NCBI GenBank assembly: GCA_040290255.1
Contig: PSMU01000001.1
Coordinates: 64,001 to 128,000, forward strand
Source: Nitrososphaerota archaeon
GTDB lineage: Archaea > Thermoproteota > Nitrososphaeria > PSMU01
Length of the DNA stretch: 64,000 nt
Direction: 5' to 3'
In this document: piece by piece, positions 10,361-20,225 of the stretch
Position numbering within the stretch: the first letter of the stretch is position 1
How the letters are laid out: each line of letters opens with the position of its first letter
Program-made: the position numbers and the translations under genes
Notes under the pieces: generated by a model
Database searches by the model: none
Seen by the model: the letters and a program-made list of their open reading frames with translations, nothing else
Told to the model about the DNA's origin: nothing

Positions 10361-10540
10361 ATGTTGGCTCAGGACGATATATGGAGAAAGGGAAGTAAGA
10401 CTAAATGTCCACGCTGCGGCTACGACGTTATAATGCCCCTTAAGCCTAGCGACAGCAAAGTCGCCAGGGTATGGGACTTTTACTGCACCCGATGCGGTTA
10501 TACATGGACGGCCGACTCCCCAGTCGAGGATGTGGTATAG
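10361..10540 (+). CDS. Small zinc-ribbon protein, 59 aa (CPRCG...YCTRCGYTW)
   Basis: Hand-translated ATG ORF with two CxxCG knuckles directly upstream of thiL. Confidence 0.65.
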   Translation: MLAQDDIWRKGSKTKCPRCGYDVIMPLKPSDSKVARVWDFYCTRCGYTWTADSPVEDVV

Positions 10541-10546
10541 CAGGTC

Positions 10547-11518
10547 ATGAACGAGGAAGAAATCATAAGGCTCTTTATAAAAAAGTTAGGAAGAGTTAGA
10601 AGGGGCTACCTGCCCCTAGGAGATGATGTGGCCGCATATTTCTTGAAAGGCCTAGGAAAGTGGTTAGTGGCCAAGGCGGACATGCTGGTCGCGTCCACCG
10701 ATATTCCCCCCGGCATGAGCCTTGTCCAGGCAGGCAGGAAGGCGTTGGCAATGTCGGTCAGCGACTTCGCGGCCAAGGGCGTAAAGCCCCTTTTTGCGCT
10801 CGTTTCCATGGGGCTCCCCAAGGAGCTCGCCTCGCGGGCCCATGTTAAGCGGCTCGCCGATGGTATCTCTCTTGCCGCAAGGGAATTTGGCTTCAAGATA
10901 GCGGGGGGCGATACAAACGAGGCTAAGGAGCTGGTGCTCGACGCCTGCCTGGTGGGTCTCGCAGCCAAGATCGTGCCCAGGAGCACGGCGCAGGTCGGGG
11001 ATCTGGTGGCCGTGACGGGGCCCTTCGGCTATAGCGCTGCAGGGTTAGAGATTCTATTAGGCGGCATTAAACCGATAAGCCCCGAGGAAAGGCTTGCTGT
11101 CTCCAAGGTCATGAAGCCAGAACCGCCGCTAAAGCTCGGGCTGGCCTTGGCCGAGCAGGGCATAGTAACCAGTTCTATCGACTCGAGCGATGGGCTGGCG
11201 CTCTCCCTTCATCACCTGGCAGAGGCTAGCCATAAGCGCATTAACCTTCATGGTTTACCGACGGATGAGGGGGTCAGGAGGCTGGCCGCACGCTTAAACA
11301 GAACGGTGGAGGAGTTGGCGTTGTATGGAGGCGAAGAGCTTGAGATCGTCTATACGTTGCCCATCAGCAAGCTGAAGGCAGGACGAAGGCTTGCCCGTCG
11401 CTTCGGCAAGGACCTTCTGGTGGTTGGAAGAGTTACCGAGGGAAGCGGGGTGGCTTTTAACGGGAGCGAAGTGGAGCGAAGAGGCTGGCTACACTTCAGG
11501 CGAGCATCAAGGCCTTGA
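10547..11518 (+). CDS. thiL: Thiamine-monophosphate kinase
   Basis: GDDVA, SDFAAKG, GGDTN, DSSDGL, GGEE. Confidence 0.92.
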   Translation: MNEEEIIRLFIKKLGRVRRGYLPLGDDVAAYFLKGLGKWLVAKADMLVASTDIPPGMSLVQAGRKALAMSVSDFAAKGVKPLFALVSMGLPKELASRAHVKRLADGISLAAREFGFKIAGGDTNEAKELVLDACLVGLAAKIVPRSTAQVGDLVAVTGPFGYSAAGLEILLGGIKPISPEERLAVSKVMKPEPPLKLGLALAEQGIVTSSIDSSDGLALSLHHLAEASHKRINLHGLPTDEGVRRLAARLNRTVEELALYGGEELEIVYTLPISKLKAGRRLARRFGKDLLVVGRVTEGSGVAFNGSEVERRGWLHFRRASRP

Positions 11519-12872
11519 GCTCCTCTTCGACGAGGCCCAATAATCTTCGCAGTCCCTCTTCGCTTTTGGCTTCAGCCCTCAGTTTTATCTGAGGCAGTGT
11601 GTTCGAGGCCCGCACTAGGGCCCAGCCTTCATCGTCGATGACCTTGACCCCATCTAGTCGAACAATTGTATAGCCCTCGCTCTCTAACTTTGCAGCCAGT
11701 CTATCCACGACTAGGAACTTCCTCTCATCAGGGCAGTCATACGTTATCACGGGCGTCGAGGGGTAGCGAGGTATATCCTCAAGTAGCCCAGATAACGGCG
11801 AACCTGTCACTACCTGAGCCATCTTCATTGTGGCGAATATTGCGTCGTCGATGCCATTTAATTCGCTAAAATAGAAGTGGCCTGCGATCTCCCCGCCTAT
11901 GAGCGCCCGCTCCCTTACCATGGCGTTCAATAGATAGGCGTGGCCAACCCGGCTTAACAGCAGCTCGCCCCCATATTTCTTAACGACATCTTCGACGGCC
12001 ATTGAACAGGCAACGTCGGCGATAACCTTCCCCCCACGATGTCTCTGGAGGTAGTGCTTTGCGAAGAGGGCCAACGTTATATCGCCCGGCAGTATCCGCC
12101 CCTTATCGTCTACAAAAACCGCCCTATCCCCATCACCGTCGTAGGCAACGCCGAAGTTATGTCCTCGCTCCCTTACCAGCCGTGCCAAGGGCTGCAGGTT
12201 ATCGTCCTTCGGCTCCGGTCCTCGTGACGGAAAGCTTCCATCGGGCTCCCCGTTGAGCACCGTCACCTTCAATCCAGCTTCCCTGAGTAAGGGCTCGGCA
12301 TAGAGGGCACAGGACCCGTTCCCCACATCCACCGCAACTTCTCCCACGAGCGACTCGTTAAGCGCGTGCAGGAGTAATGATTCTACTTCGCTCACTAAGC
12401 CTTTCCCGTCATACACCTTGCCCTCTTTATTGCCTCGGGATATGCCCTTAAGGTAAAGCTCCTTGACCTCCTCTAGCCCAAGGCCTTCAGCCACAAGGAG
12501 TCCTCCTTTTCTGAAGAGCTTGAGGCCATTCCATTCGGGCGGATTGTGGCTTGCCGTGACGACCACTCCGCCGGCGACATCGGCCTTAAGGGTAGCTAAA
12601 TAAGCGAAGGGAGTGGGGACCAGCCCCAGGTCTATTACATCGCTTCCGGCTGCGGTGAGCCCTCTGAGCAGGGCCCGCTTAAGCGAATGGCTGCTGAGCC
12701 TTACGTCATGGGCGACCACCAAAGGAGCGAATTGAAGAAATGCGGAAAACGCCATTCCGACTCGCTCTGCTATTCGCTCCGTCAGGGTCTTACCATAGAT
12801 TCCGCGTATGTCGTAGGCCCTAAAGGCCGATAGGTCCCCCTCCACCCTACCCGATTTCCTTTGCCCCAACAT
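11496..12872 (-). CDS. Phosphomannomutase/phosphoglucomutase
   Basis: FRAYDIRG, TASHNP, DGDGDR, GEIAGH, RASNT; start moved so it does not overlap the tRNA. Confidence 0.92.
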   Translation of the reverse strand: MLGQRKSGRVEGDLSAFRAYDIRGIYGKTLTERIAERVGMAFSAFLQFAPLVVAHDVRLSSHSLKRALLRGLTAAGSDVIDLGLVPTPFAYLATLKADVAGGVVVTASHNPPEWNGLKLFRKGGLLVAEGLGLEEVKELYLKGISRGNKEGKVYDGKGLVSEVESLLLHALNESLVGEVAVDVGNGSCALYAEPLLREAGLKVTVLNGEPDGSFPSRGPEPKDDNLQPLARLVRERGHNFGVAYDGDGDRAVFVDDKGRILPGDITLALFAKHYLQRHRGGKVIADVACSMAVEDVVKKYGGELLLSRVGHAYLLNAMVRERALIGGEIAGHFYFSELNGIDDAIFATMKMAQVVTGSPLSGLLEDIPRYPSTPVITYDCPDERKFLVVDRLAAKLESEGYTIVRLDGVKVIDDEGWALVRASNTLPQIKLRAEAKSEEGLRRLLGLVEEELKALMLA

Positions 12873-12906
12873 AAAATTTTTAGCCGCCAACACGGCCTCA
12901 GTGCTC

Positions 12907-13007
12907 GCGGGGGTAGCCAAGCCAGGTCAACGGCGCGGGACTGAGGTGCGCTAGCGCGGAGCTCCCGTCCCATTAGGGGTTCGTGGGTTCAAATCCCACC
13001 CCCCGCA
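12907..13007 (+). tRNA. tRNA-Leu(GAG) with ~15-nt intron at 37/38 (12947-12961)
   Basis: GCGGGGG/CCCCCGC acceptor, CGGGA-CTGAGG..C-TCCCG anticodon arm, long variable arm, GGTTCAAATCC. Confidence 0.9.
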
Positions 13008-13129
13008 TCCCAGCTGCCAGAGAGATGTATATAGGACGACCCTATCCTCCGCCTTCTCGCCAGAGATGCGCTAGGGGCCCTGTGCGCATTAAAATTATAA
13101 CGTTAAACCGCTCCTGTTCGGAGATCGGG

Positions 13130-14383
13130 TTGGCGCTAAAGCCAAGGACCACCGTCATAGGAAGTTATCCGGTCTTTCCTACACCTGATGAGGTGGACTT
13201 TTATAGGCAGTGGGGCACATTTGATGAGGACCTTCGAGATCCCTACCTCTTGACCGTCCAGGCGGCGCTTGATGATTTTATCAGCGCCGGCATAGAAGTG
13301 CCGTCCACGGGGCAAACGAGGGAGCACTTCGTTAAGCTCTTCCTAGACCCCTCCTATGTTGAGGGCGTATCGATAGAGGGGGCTGATATCCTAGTCACGG
13401 GAAAGATTGCGCGCAAAAGGCCGATAAGGCTCGAGGACGTCAGGTTTGCCAAATCCTTGCTGCCCCCATATTATCAGTTTAAGGAGCCTATCACGGGCCC
13501 CTATACGTTAGCACGAAGCTGTCGGCTCAGCACGGGCGAATATAGCGACATACGCCAGCTATCCTTTGAGCTCGCGAAACGTATCTGCGTTCCAGAGGCA
13601 CTGGAGCTACAGCCCTATGTGGACTACGTCCAATTCGATGAGCCCTTCCTCTCCATAGACCCATGGCGGGACTATATCGTGGACCTCTACCAAGAAGTAG
13701 CCAGCGCGATTACCAAGCCTATCGTCCTGCACGTCTGCGGCGACTCCCTTTTGGTCTTCAAGAATCTGGTAAGGTTGCCCGTTCAAGCGCTCAGCCTAGA
13801 TTTTACCTATAATCCCATGCTCCTAGAGGAGGTGGCGAGGAGGAATTACGATCAGCTGATAGGCTTCGGATGCGTTAACACAGGCACCCCTATTGTGGAG
13901 GATATTTCTTCCATAGAAAGGCTGATCCTTATGGGCGTTAAAAAGTTAGGAGAGGATAGGATCTTATTCATACACCCAGGCTGTGGCGAAAGGGCCTTAC
14001 CCTTAAACTCAGCTTATCAGAAGAATGTAAATATGGTCATCGCCAGGAATAGAGTCTTTTATGGTGAGCCCCTAGCGGCTCATGCCCAGCCCCTCAGAAG
14101 AGAGGAGTATGACCCCAGGGGCTATTTCCTTATAGAAGTGGATCACGGGAACAAGCAGATCCTGCTTTTCCTTTATTCGTATGACCATAGAATCCTTCAT
14201 GGCCTTGCTTCCTCAAGCGCCGAGAAGTTGCTTTATAGCGCTCTGGAGCTGGGCCTAATAGGTGAGGGCAAGACCGCACTGAGACACTTGGCGTATTTGG
14301 GCTATGAGCTTGGAAAGGCGGAAAGCGCCTTGTTGAATGGCGTACCCTATAGACAGGGGCAGCTGCTTCGGATTCAGCGTTGA
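13130..14383 (+). CDS. Core (MetE-type) methionine synthase fused to a C-terminal DUF4346-like domain
   Basis: TTVIGSYP, ITGPYTLA, QFDEP, HVCG, P.CG; C-terminal DPRGYFLI...HLAYLGYELGKAE; TTG start chosen downstream of tRNA. Confidence 0.8.
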   Translation: MALKPRTTVIGSYPVFPTPDEVDFYRQWGTFDEDLRDPYLLTVQAALDDFISAGIEVPSTGQTREHFVKLFLDPSYVEGVSIEGADILVTGKIARKRPIRLEDVRFAKSLLPPYYQFKEPITGPYTLARSCRLSTGEYSDIRQLSFELAKRICVPEALELQPYVDYVQFDEPFLSIDPWRDYIVDLYQEVASAITKPIVLHVCGDSLLVFKNLVRLPVQALSLDFTYNPMLLEEVARRNYDQLIGFGCVNTGTPIVEDISSIERLILMGVKKLGEDRILFIHPGCGERALPLNSAYQKNVNMVIARNRVFYGEPLAAHAQPLRREEYDPRGYFLIEVDHGNKQILLFLYSYDHRILHGLASSSAEKLLYSALELGLIGEGKTALRHLAYLGYELGKAESALLNGVPYRQGQLLRIQR

Positions 14384-15261
14384 AGATCAGCGAGCTCATT
14401 AGGGCGTATGGTCTGGTCAGAATAGTGGAGGTCACGCCTCCAAGGTATCAGATCAACTTCAGCGTCACTGTGAGGCAGTTGCGGCTCAGGATGTACAGCT
14501 GGCTTGAGATGGTTAGGAGGATGAGCTTATACTGTGATGCTATTGCCATAGCGGACCTCAAGGAAACCGAGGCATGCCACGTGCCTCCCGCGCTCCTCGC
14601 CAGGGAGCTGAAGCGAGAAGGCGGCATAGAGCCGATGCCGTCAATAGCCCTGAGAGATTATTCGAAGGGTGCCCTTCTCAACGTGGTTGTAGGATGTCTT
14701 AATGTGGATATAAGGAACTTGCTTGTGGTTCGAGGTGATCCCCATAAGAAGGGGGAGGGGCTGGAGGGAGACCTCTTCGGCTTCAAGAGGGTAGCGGATG
14801 CCCTAAGGGAGATAAGGAGGCTAGTGGGCGAGGGCGACCAGGCGCCCCTTTGCTTGGCTACGGCGTTAGACCACAGAATGTCGCAGGAGGAGGAATATGT
14901 CGAGGTATTAAGGCAAAGGGAGAAGCTCGTGGATTTCTATGTGGCTCAGCCTTTTTTCATGCCACCCGAGCGCTATCTAGAGCTGATAGATGACCTTAAA
15001 TCGAAGGGGATAAGGAAGCCAATTTTACACTCGATCTTTCCTCTGCTAAGCCAAGAAGATATAGAAGTGGTTACCAAAAGGTTCGGCTGGACCATTTCGG
15101 AGGAAGAGAGGAAAAAGGTGAGTGAGGGGCCAGGGGCCGGCATAGAGCTGGCGGCCATGAAGTTTGATTATCTGCTGAAGAACAAAGGGCGCGTGGCGGG
15201 GGTCTATGTGAGTTCTAGGAACAGGCCAGAGCTGATCAGGCTGGTCATGTCGGCCCGTTAA
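14380..15261 (+). CDS. MetF-like (methylenetetrahydrofolate reductase family) protein
   Basis: EVTPP, LRD, NLLVVRGDP, FYVAQPFF motifs; coupled to the metE-like gene. Confidence 0.7.
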   Translation: MKISELIRAYGLVRIVEVTPPRYQINFSVTVRQLRLRMYSWLEMVRRMSLYCDAIAIADLKETEACHVPPALLARELKREGGIEPMPSIALRDYSKGALLNVVVGCLNVDIRNLLVVRGDPHKKGEGLEGDLFGFKRVADALREIRRLVGEGDQAPLCLATALDHRMSQEEEYVEVLRQREKLVDFYVAQPFFMPPERYLELIDDLKSKGIRKPILHSIFPLLSQEDIEVVTKRFGWTISEEERKKVSEGPGAGIELAAMKFDYLLKNKGRVAGVYVSSRNRPELIRLVMSAR

Positions 15262-15770
15262 GCTAACTGGCCCTTCATGGCCTCGAACTCTTTCAGCTTG
15301 TCATCATACCCACCCTTCTGGAGCAAGGCGAGCACTTCCTTAGGATCCTTACCATCCACCTTTATTCCCATGCTTATGCATGTGCCCAATACCTCCTTCA
15401 CCGCCGCCTTCAGACTACTCGAATAAGAACTCTGCATCTTCAACGCCGCGACCTCGAGTATCTTATCGAAGCCAAGGTCGGCCACATACTCGGACCTAGC
15501 CTTGCCGCTGCCCTTCTCTAGGCCCGCCGCCCTGAGCAGCAACGCTGCCGTGCTTGGAATTCCTACTTGCACTTCGAACTCCTTCGATTCTATATCGACA
15601 GTAACCGTGACGGGGACCTTCATTCCCTTGAACCCGGCCGTAAGTTCATTTAGCTTGTTAACCACGGCCAACAGGTTGACGCCCAGGGGGGCGAGCGTAG
15701 TCGCTAATGGGGGTGCGGCGCTCACCTGGCCCCCATCTACGGTAAAGTTGAAGCTCTTGCGCTCTCCCAT
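15258..15770 (-). CDS. rpl11: 50S ribosomal protein uL11
   Basis: PPL..LAPLGVN, GMKVPVTV, KEVLGTCISMG. Confidence 0.95.
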   Translation of the reverse strand: MGERKSFNFTVDGGQVSAAPPLATTLAPLGVNLLAVVNKLNELTAGFKGMKVPVTVTVDIESKEFEVQVGIPSTAALLLRAAGLEKGSGKARSEYVADLGFDKILEVAALKMQSSYSSSLKAAVKEVLGTCISMGIKVDGKDPKEVLALLQKGGYDDKLKEFEAMKGQLA

Positions 15771-15962
15771 AACGGTCGCTGCCTGAGGGGGCGCTTAAAA
15801 AATGTATGGTGGAAGGGGCCTTCGGTCCTTTGTAGCGCCCTCATCTATTGCTCGGCGTGTAGCCGGCTCTTCATCGGCCCTATAGGCATATGGTTAAGCT
15901 CATATATAACGGGTGAGCCAGCGCAGGTGAAGGTTAATTAAATGCCCGGCCTCCCCAGCAAA

Positions 15963-16087
15963 GGGGCCGTAGCCCAGCACGGTAGGGCGGCGGGCTCCAG
16001 AAGTAAAGAAGTCCCTACCGACGATAAGGATGAGGAGCTTCTGGAGCGGAAACCCGTAGGTCGTGGGTTCGAGTCCCACCGGCCCCA
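15963..16087 (+). tRNA. tRNA-Trp(CCA) with 51-nt intron at 37/38 (16001-16051)
   Basis: GGGGCCG/CGGCCCC acceptor, GCGGG-CTCCAG..A-CCCGT arm, GGTTCGAGTCC. Confidence 0.92.
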
Positions 16088-16103
16088 CCCGTTCTTAAGG
16101 GCC

Positions 16104-17063
16104 TCAGGCAAGCAGCGACCTCTTATACGCCTTAGCTATCTCTAGCGCCTTGACGGCCGCCCGCACGGCGTCCTCCGCGAAGATATACATCATGGGCTCT
16201 ATTCCTACATCCCCCTCATCGACCAAGACGTCGGGTACCGCGCCCTTCTCAGCTACAGTACGCCTTATCCTTGCCAGTACACGATCCTCGTTCATGGCAC
16301 CCTTCTCCTGACCCCGAATGGTCCTGAAACAGGAATAGCCCAGCGGAGTGAGCAGGCCCTCGATGCGTGGCTCATACTTTACGTTAAGGCAGGCCCTCTT
16401 GGTGGGGTCCACGGCCAAGGCCGCCAACAGCACGGAAGCCATATGCCGGGAAACACCGAACTCGGGCTCTCCCCCTACCTTTACCCCGCCCTTAAACCTC
16501 GCTATCCTGCCCGGAATGCCTGCAACGTCCTCCAAGCTCTGGGCACCGGCCCTTGCCATGACCACATTGGTGAATACCTCAGGTATCAGGCTCGGGAATA
16601 GAGGGCTGCTCTCGAGCAAACGAACGGCGCGCTTTAAATTCGTCAGCACTTCATCCTCTTCTAAGTCAAATCGATGGACAGCGCGGCCCTTGTTGAGGCA
16701 AACATCGCAAGTAGCCAGCTGCCTAAACTGAGCGATGTGCTCGTTACATGCTTGTCCCCTCGATAGAAGTTTGGACCAATAATGGTAGAGGGCAAACGTG
16801 GCCTCGACGGGGCTTATCAGAGATAGGTTCGCGAGCAACTTAGCGAGATCATGGGCTTCTTCCTCGGATAAGCCGAAGCCCGCTAGAAGTCCTAAGGCCT
16901 CCTCACCCCTCTTCTTTAGATATCCGTTTACGGCCGCCTGCGTAACGCCCAAGAGTTCCGCTATCCTCAGCTGGCTTAACCCCTTGTTGCGTAGCTCCTT
17001 GGCCACTAAGATCCTCAGGGCCGGCAAGAACCTCTCCGTCATGAGAACACAAGGCGGGAGCAT
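16104..17063 (-). CDS. HTH + ThiN-like domain regulator (ThiR family)
   Basis: N-terminal SQLRIAELLGVTQAAV HTH; LIPEV.TN, VAGIPGRI, PEFGVSRHMA, G.EPM. Confidence 0.8.
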   Translation of the reverse strand: MLPPCVLMTERFLPALRILVAKELRNKGLSQLRIAELLGVTQAAVNGYLKKRGEEALGLLAGFGLSEEEAHDLAKLLANLSLISPVEATFALYHYWSKLLSRGQACNEHIAQFRQLATCDVCLNKGRAVHRFDLEEDEVLTNLKRAVRLLESSPLFPSLIPEVFTNVVMARAGAQSLEDVAGIPGRIARFKGGVKVGGEPEFGVSRHMASVLLAALAVDPTKRACLNVKYEPRIEGLLTPLGYSCFRTIRGQEKGAMNEDRVLARIRRTVAEKGAVPDVLVDEGDVGIEPMMYIFAEDAVRAAVKALEIAKAYKRSLLA

Positions 17064-17218
17064 GCTATAAGCCTCTTAATTAACAGCTTATTAATCCTTC
17101 TCATTTGTGGGAAAATTTGAATGACAACAGGTTGACGGTAAGTTAAGTAGGCTAGGTCAAACGGGCCGCTAATCTTGATCCAAAATTTTTTAGCTTCGGT
17201 TTAGACCCCCTGAACGCT

Positions 17219-19219
17219 TTGGAAAGTAACACCAGGCGTGTAAGGGCCATCTTCTCCGTCGTGGCCAACCCCGTGAGGCTGGATATAATTCAAAAGCTCA
17301 ACATGAGGGGGAACATGACCTATACAGAGCTCAAGGCGCTGACCGGCTTTAAAGCTAAGAAGGAATCCGGCAAATTTGCCTACCACTTAAGAAAGCTAGT
17401 TAAAGCTAATCTCGTCATGCACTATTCTTCAGATAAGAAATACGGCGTAACGCCGTTGGGCAAAGCTGTGTTGCTGCTGGCCAGGCAGATTGGCGAGCAG
17501 GCCCTGGCGGGCGGCCCCAGGCTCTTGGTTCATACGTCGGATGGCAAAGTGGAGGAGTTCGCCAGCGAGAAGATCATACAGTCGCTGGTAAAGGAGGCAG
17601 GTATGGCGCTTGACTTAGCCTATAATCTGGCAGGCGAGATAGAATCTACTCTCCTTAAGTTCAGGGCCAGCTATGTGACCACGGCGCTCATCAGGGAACT
17701 GATAAACGCTAAGCTCTTTGAAATGAACATGGAGGACTACAGGCATAAGCTGAGCAGGGTAGGAATATCCGTTCATGACCTCACTCAGGCGCTAGAAGGA
17801 GGGGCCACAAACTTCGCCGATACTCATATGTTGAGCAGATGGATGGCAAAGAGGCTCCTAACAGAGTATGTGTTGCACTATAGGCTTCCTAGGCATCTGG
17901 CTGAGTCACACATGGCCGGAGATGTCGGCTTCTCCGACCTTAGCTCGTGGCTGACGGCCGTCGATACACTGTTCATTAAAGGCGACCTGCAGGGAGAAGC
18001 CGGCTGGGTCTTTGAGGTCATACCCCGCTCAAGGGCCCTCATAGAAGGGGAGTGGGGCGATTCCCTACCAAAGAGGATAATAGGCGTCATCGCCTGCTGC
18101 CTTAACGAGGCCTCCCGCGAGGTCGTCGTCGACATCTCCGCCCTTGCTGGGCAAGTGAATGAGGGGGACGCCCTAGCTATGATGCGGCAGGCGCACATGC
18201 TTGCCACGACCGGCGGTTCCACGACCCTACTGACCCTCGCCACAAACGTGCCTTCCGAGGCCCTGCTCAGGGCCTATCGCAGCTATTGTGCCGAGGTTCC
18301 GGTGCCGCTGGTCGCTCTTTCGCTCACGTTCGATAAGGAGCGGCATCGGTCTAAGGTGTTGATGGACATGCTCTCAGAAATCTTCAGGGCGGGCGGGCTG
18401 GTAAGCCTGTGCTCCGGCCAAGGGCCCACGTCTTATTTAGGCATCCATCACAGCGCGGCCGAAGGCTACCACATAGCTGGGGCCATACATGGCTTTAGTG
18501 TTAACCTAGTAAGGCTGGCTTTTGAGAGCGAGGGTGACCCCTCCTACTTCAGGAGTAAACTCAGCATGGCCTTCAGGCTACTTGCGGAGGCTGCCGAGCA
18601 AAGGATGAGGGATCTCTCAAGGCCCACAGTAGGGGGCGCCGGTAGCCTAACACAAAGGCTCGTGCAAAGAAAGGAGGTAACTGCCACCATAAACTTAATC
18701 GGAATGCAGCAGGCAACGAAGGTCTTTGGCAAAGGTAATGATTTCGTGAGCTTACTCCAAGAGGTCTTAGCGGTCGGAAAGAGGGTCTTTCAAAACGTTG
18801 ACCTGAAGATCAATTACGGCCTCCTTTTCGACCGCGAGGCGAGCAGGTTCCTCTGGCTTGATTATCAGAAATATGGCGAAAGGATTCGTGAAGAGGCTGG
18901 CATAGCCAAAACACAGGATAGCTACAGCAACGGGTTTGTGATCGAACTAGAAGGGGATGGAATAGAGGATAAGGTCAAGGAGCTGAGGACCATAAGCGAG
19001 TTGGTTCATAGCAACGTGAGCGTAGGGCTTAGGCTAAGGGATTATGTGGATGATACCTGCTTTGATAGGATGGCAAGGGCACTGGTTTCGGAGATAGGAG
19101 TCGGGAAGCCGGCCTTGGTCTACACCGCCTGCACCGTCTGCTCATCTAAGGTAATAGGCAATAGGGAGAGGTGCGCCGCCAACGCTCATACCAATGTGAG
19201 GGTCTACTCGACCTTCTGA
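17219..19219 (+). CDS. ArsR-HTH + ATP-cone + degenerate class III ribonucleotide reductase-like protein
   Basis: GKFAYHLRKL HTH; EEFASEKIIQSLVKEAG..IRELIN ATP cone; HMAGD, SVNLVRLA; no C-terminal RxxGY. Confidence 0.7.
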   Translation: MESNTRRVRAIFSVVANPVRLDIIQKLNMRGNMTYTELKALTGFKAKKESGKFAYHLRKLVKANLVMHYSSDKKYGVTPLGKAVLLLARQIGEQALAGGPRLLVHTSDGKVEEFASEKIIQSLVKEAGMALDLAYNLAGEIESTLLKFRASYVTTALIRELINAKLFEMNMEDYRHKLSRVGISVHDLTQALEGGATNFADTHMLSRWMAKRLLTEYVLHYRLPRHLAESHMAGDVGFSDLSSWLTAVDTLFIKGDLQGEAGWVFEVIPRSRALIEGEWGDSLPKRIIGVIACCLNEASREVVVDISALAGQVNEGDALAMMRQAHMLATTGGSTTLLTLATNVPSEALLRAYRSYCAEVPVPLVALSLTFDKERHRSKVLMDMLSEIFRAGGLVSLCSGQGPTSYLGIHHSAAEGYHIAGAIHGFSVNLVRLAFESEGDPSYFRSKLSMAFRLLAEAAEQRMRDLSRPTVGGAGSLTQRLVQRKEVTATINLIGMQQATKVFGKGNDFVSLLQEVLAVGKRVFQNVDLKINYGLLFDREASRFLWLDYQKYGERIREEAGIAKTQDSYSNGFVIELEGDGIEDKVKELRTISELVHSNVSVGLRLRDYVDDTCFDRMARALVSEIGVGKPALVYTACTVCSSKVIGNRERCAANAHTNVRVYSTF

Positions 19220-20184
19220 ACCGCATCTAAAACTATTTCATCATTCAGGATCAGCGCCAGTAAGGCAGCGCGGAGCCATACGCCGTAGTGGGCCTGCCTA
19301 AAATAGCAGGCAAAGGGAGTCCTGTCGACCTCGGGCGATATCTCGTCCGTCTTGGGGAGCGGGTGCAGTATTATTAAGTCTGACTTGGCGCCTTCCAGCG
19401 ATCCTAGGTCGACTCTATACGAGCCTCTTACCTTCTCGTATTCGTTGGGGTCGGGGAAGCGTTCACGTTGTATCCTAGTGACGTAGAGCACATCTAGCTC
19501 AGGCAAGCATTCCTTTAGCTCCCTTAGCTCTCTTATGTCAAGCCTGTTTGAAATGTCCTCGAATACCTCGCGCCTGAGGCGTAGCGAAGGAGGCGAGATG
19601 AGCCTAATCCTTAGATGCCCTTGCATTTTTACCAAGGCGTAGAGCAGCGACGGAACGGTGCGACTATACTTCAGATCGCCCAGGATGCCTATAGTGAGTC
19701 CATCGAGCCGGCCCTTCAATTTCCAGATCGTATATAGGTCCAAGAGCGCCTGTGTTGGATGTTCCTCGGTCCCACTGCCAGCATTTATCACGGGCTTTTC
19801 GCTCACGATGGACGCATATCTACTGGCGCCCTCCATCGGGTGTCGCATCACGATCACATCCGCATAGCCCTCCAGTACCTTCACCGTATCGTGGAGGGTT
19901 TCTCCCTTCGCCAGAGAGGTGGTCTGGGGTTCATCGAAGCCTATCCACGAAGCGCCAATGGTGGCTACCGCCGCTTCGAAGCTGAGCTTGGTCCTCGTAC
20001 TAGGCTCGAGGAACATAAGCGCCGCTATTTTGCCCTCGCCCAGCGCCCTCCTTTGTCGGGGGGACACCGCCTGTAGCCTATCCGTTAGCTCAAAGAGGGA
20101 CCACATATCTTCGGCGGAAAGGTCCTTTACCGAAATTATGTCCCTGCCGTGCAACGGTGACTTCATTCCCTTTGAAGGTATCAA
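19204..20184 (-). CDS. pyrB: Aspartate carbamoyltransferase catalytic subunit
   Basis: FLEPSTRT, HPTQ, GDLKYSRT, HPLP. Confidence 0.96.
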   Translation of the reverse strand: MIPSKGMKSPLHGRDIISVKDLSAEDMWSLFELTDRLQAVSPRQRRALGEGKIAALMFLEPSTRTKLSFEAAVATIGASWIGFDEPQTTSLAKGETLHDTVKVLEGYADVIVMRHPMEGASRYASIVSEKPVINAGSGTEEHPTQALLDLYTIWKLKGRLDGLTIGILGDLKYSRTVPSLLYALVKMQGHLRIRLISPPSLRLRREVFEDISNRLDIRELRELKECLPELDVLYVTRIQRERFPDPNEYEKVRGSYRVDLGSLEGAKSDLIILHPLPKTDEISPEVDRTPFACYFRQAHYGVWLRAALLALILNDEIVLDAVQKVE

Positions 20185-20225
20185 TGAGGGAATAAATAAT
20201 TATCTAGTCCCGGCACAAGCGTGGG

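Noticed and set aside
12983-13129. N-terminal extension of the metE-like ORF; likewise ORFs overlapping tRNAs at 15900-16145 and 31876-32415
   Set aside because: They overlap tRNA genes or promoters and show no protein-like motifs.
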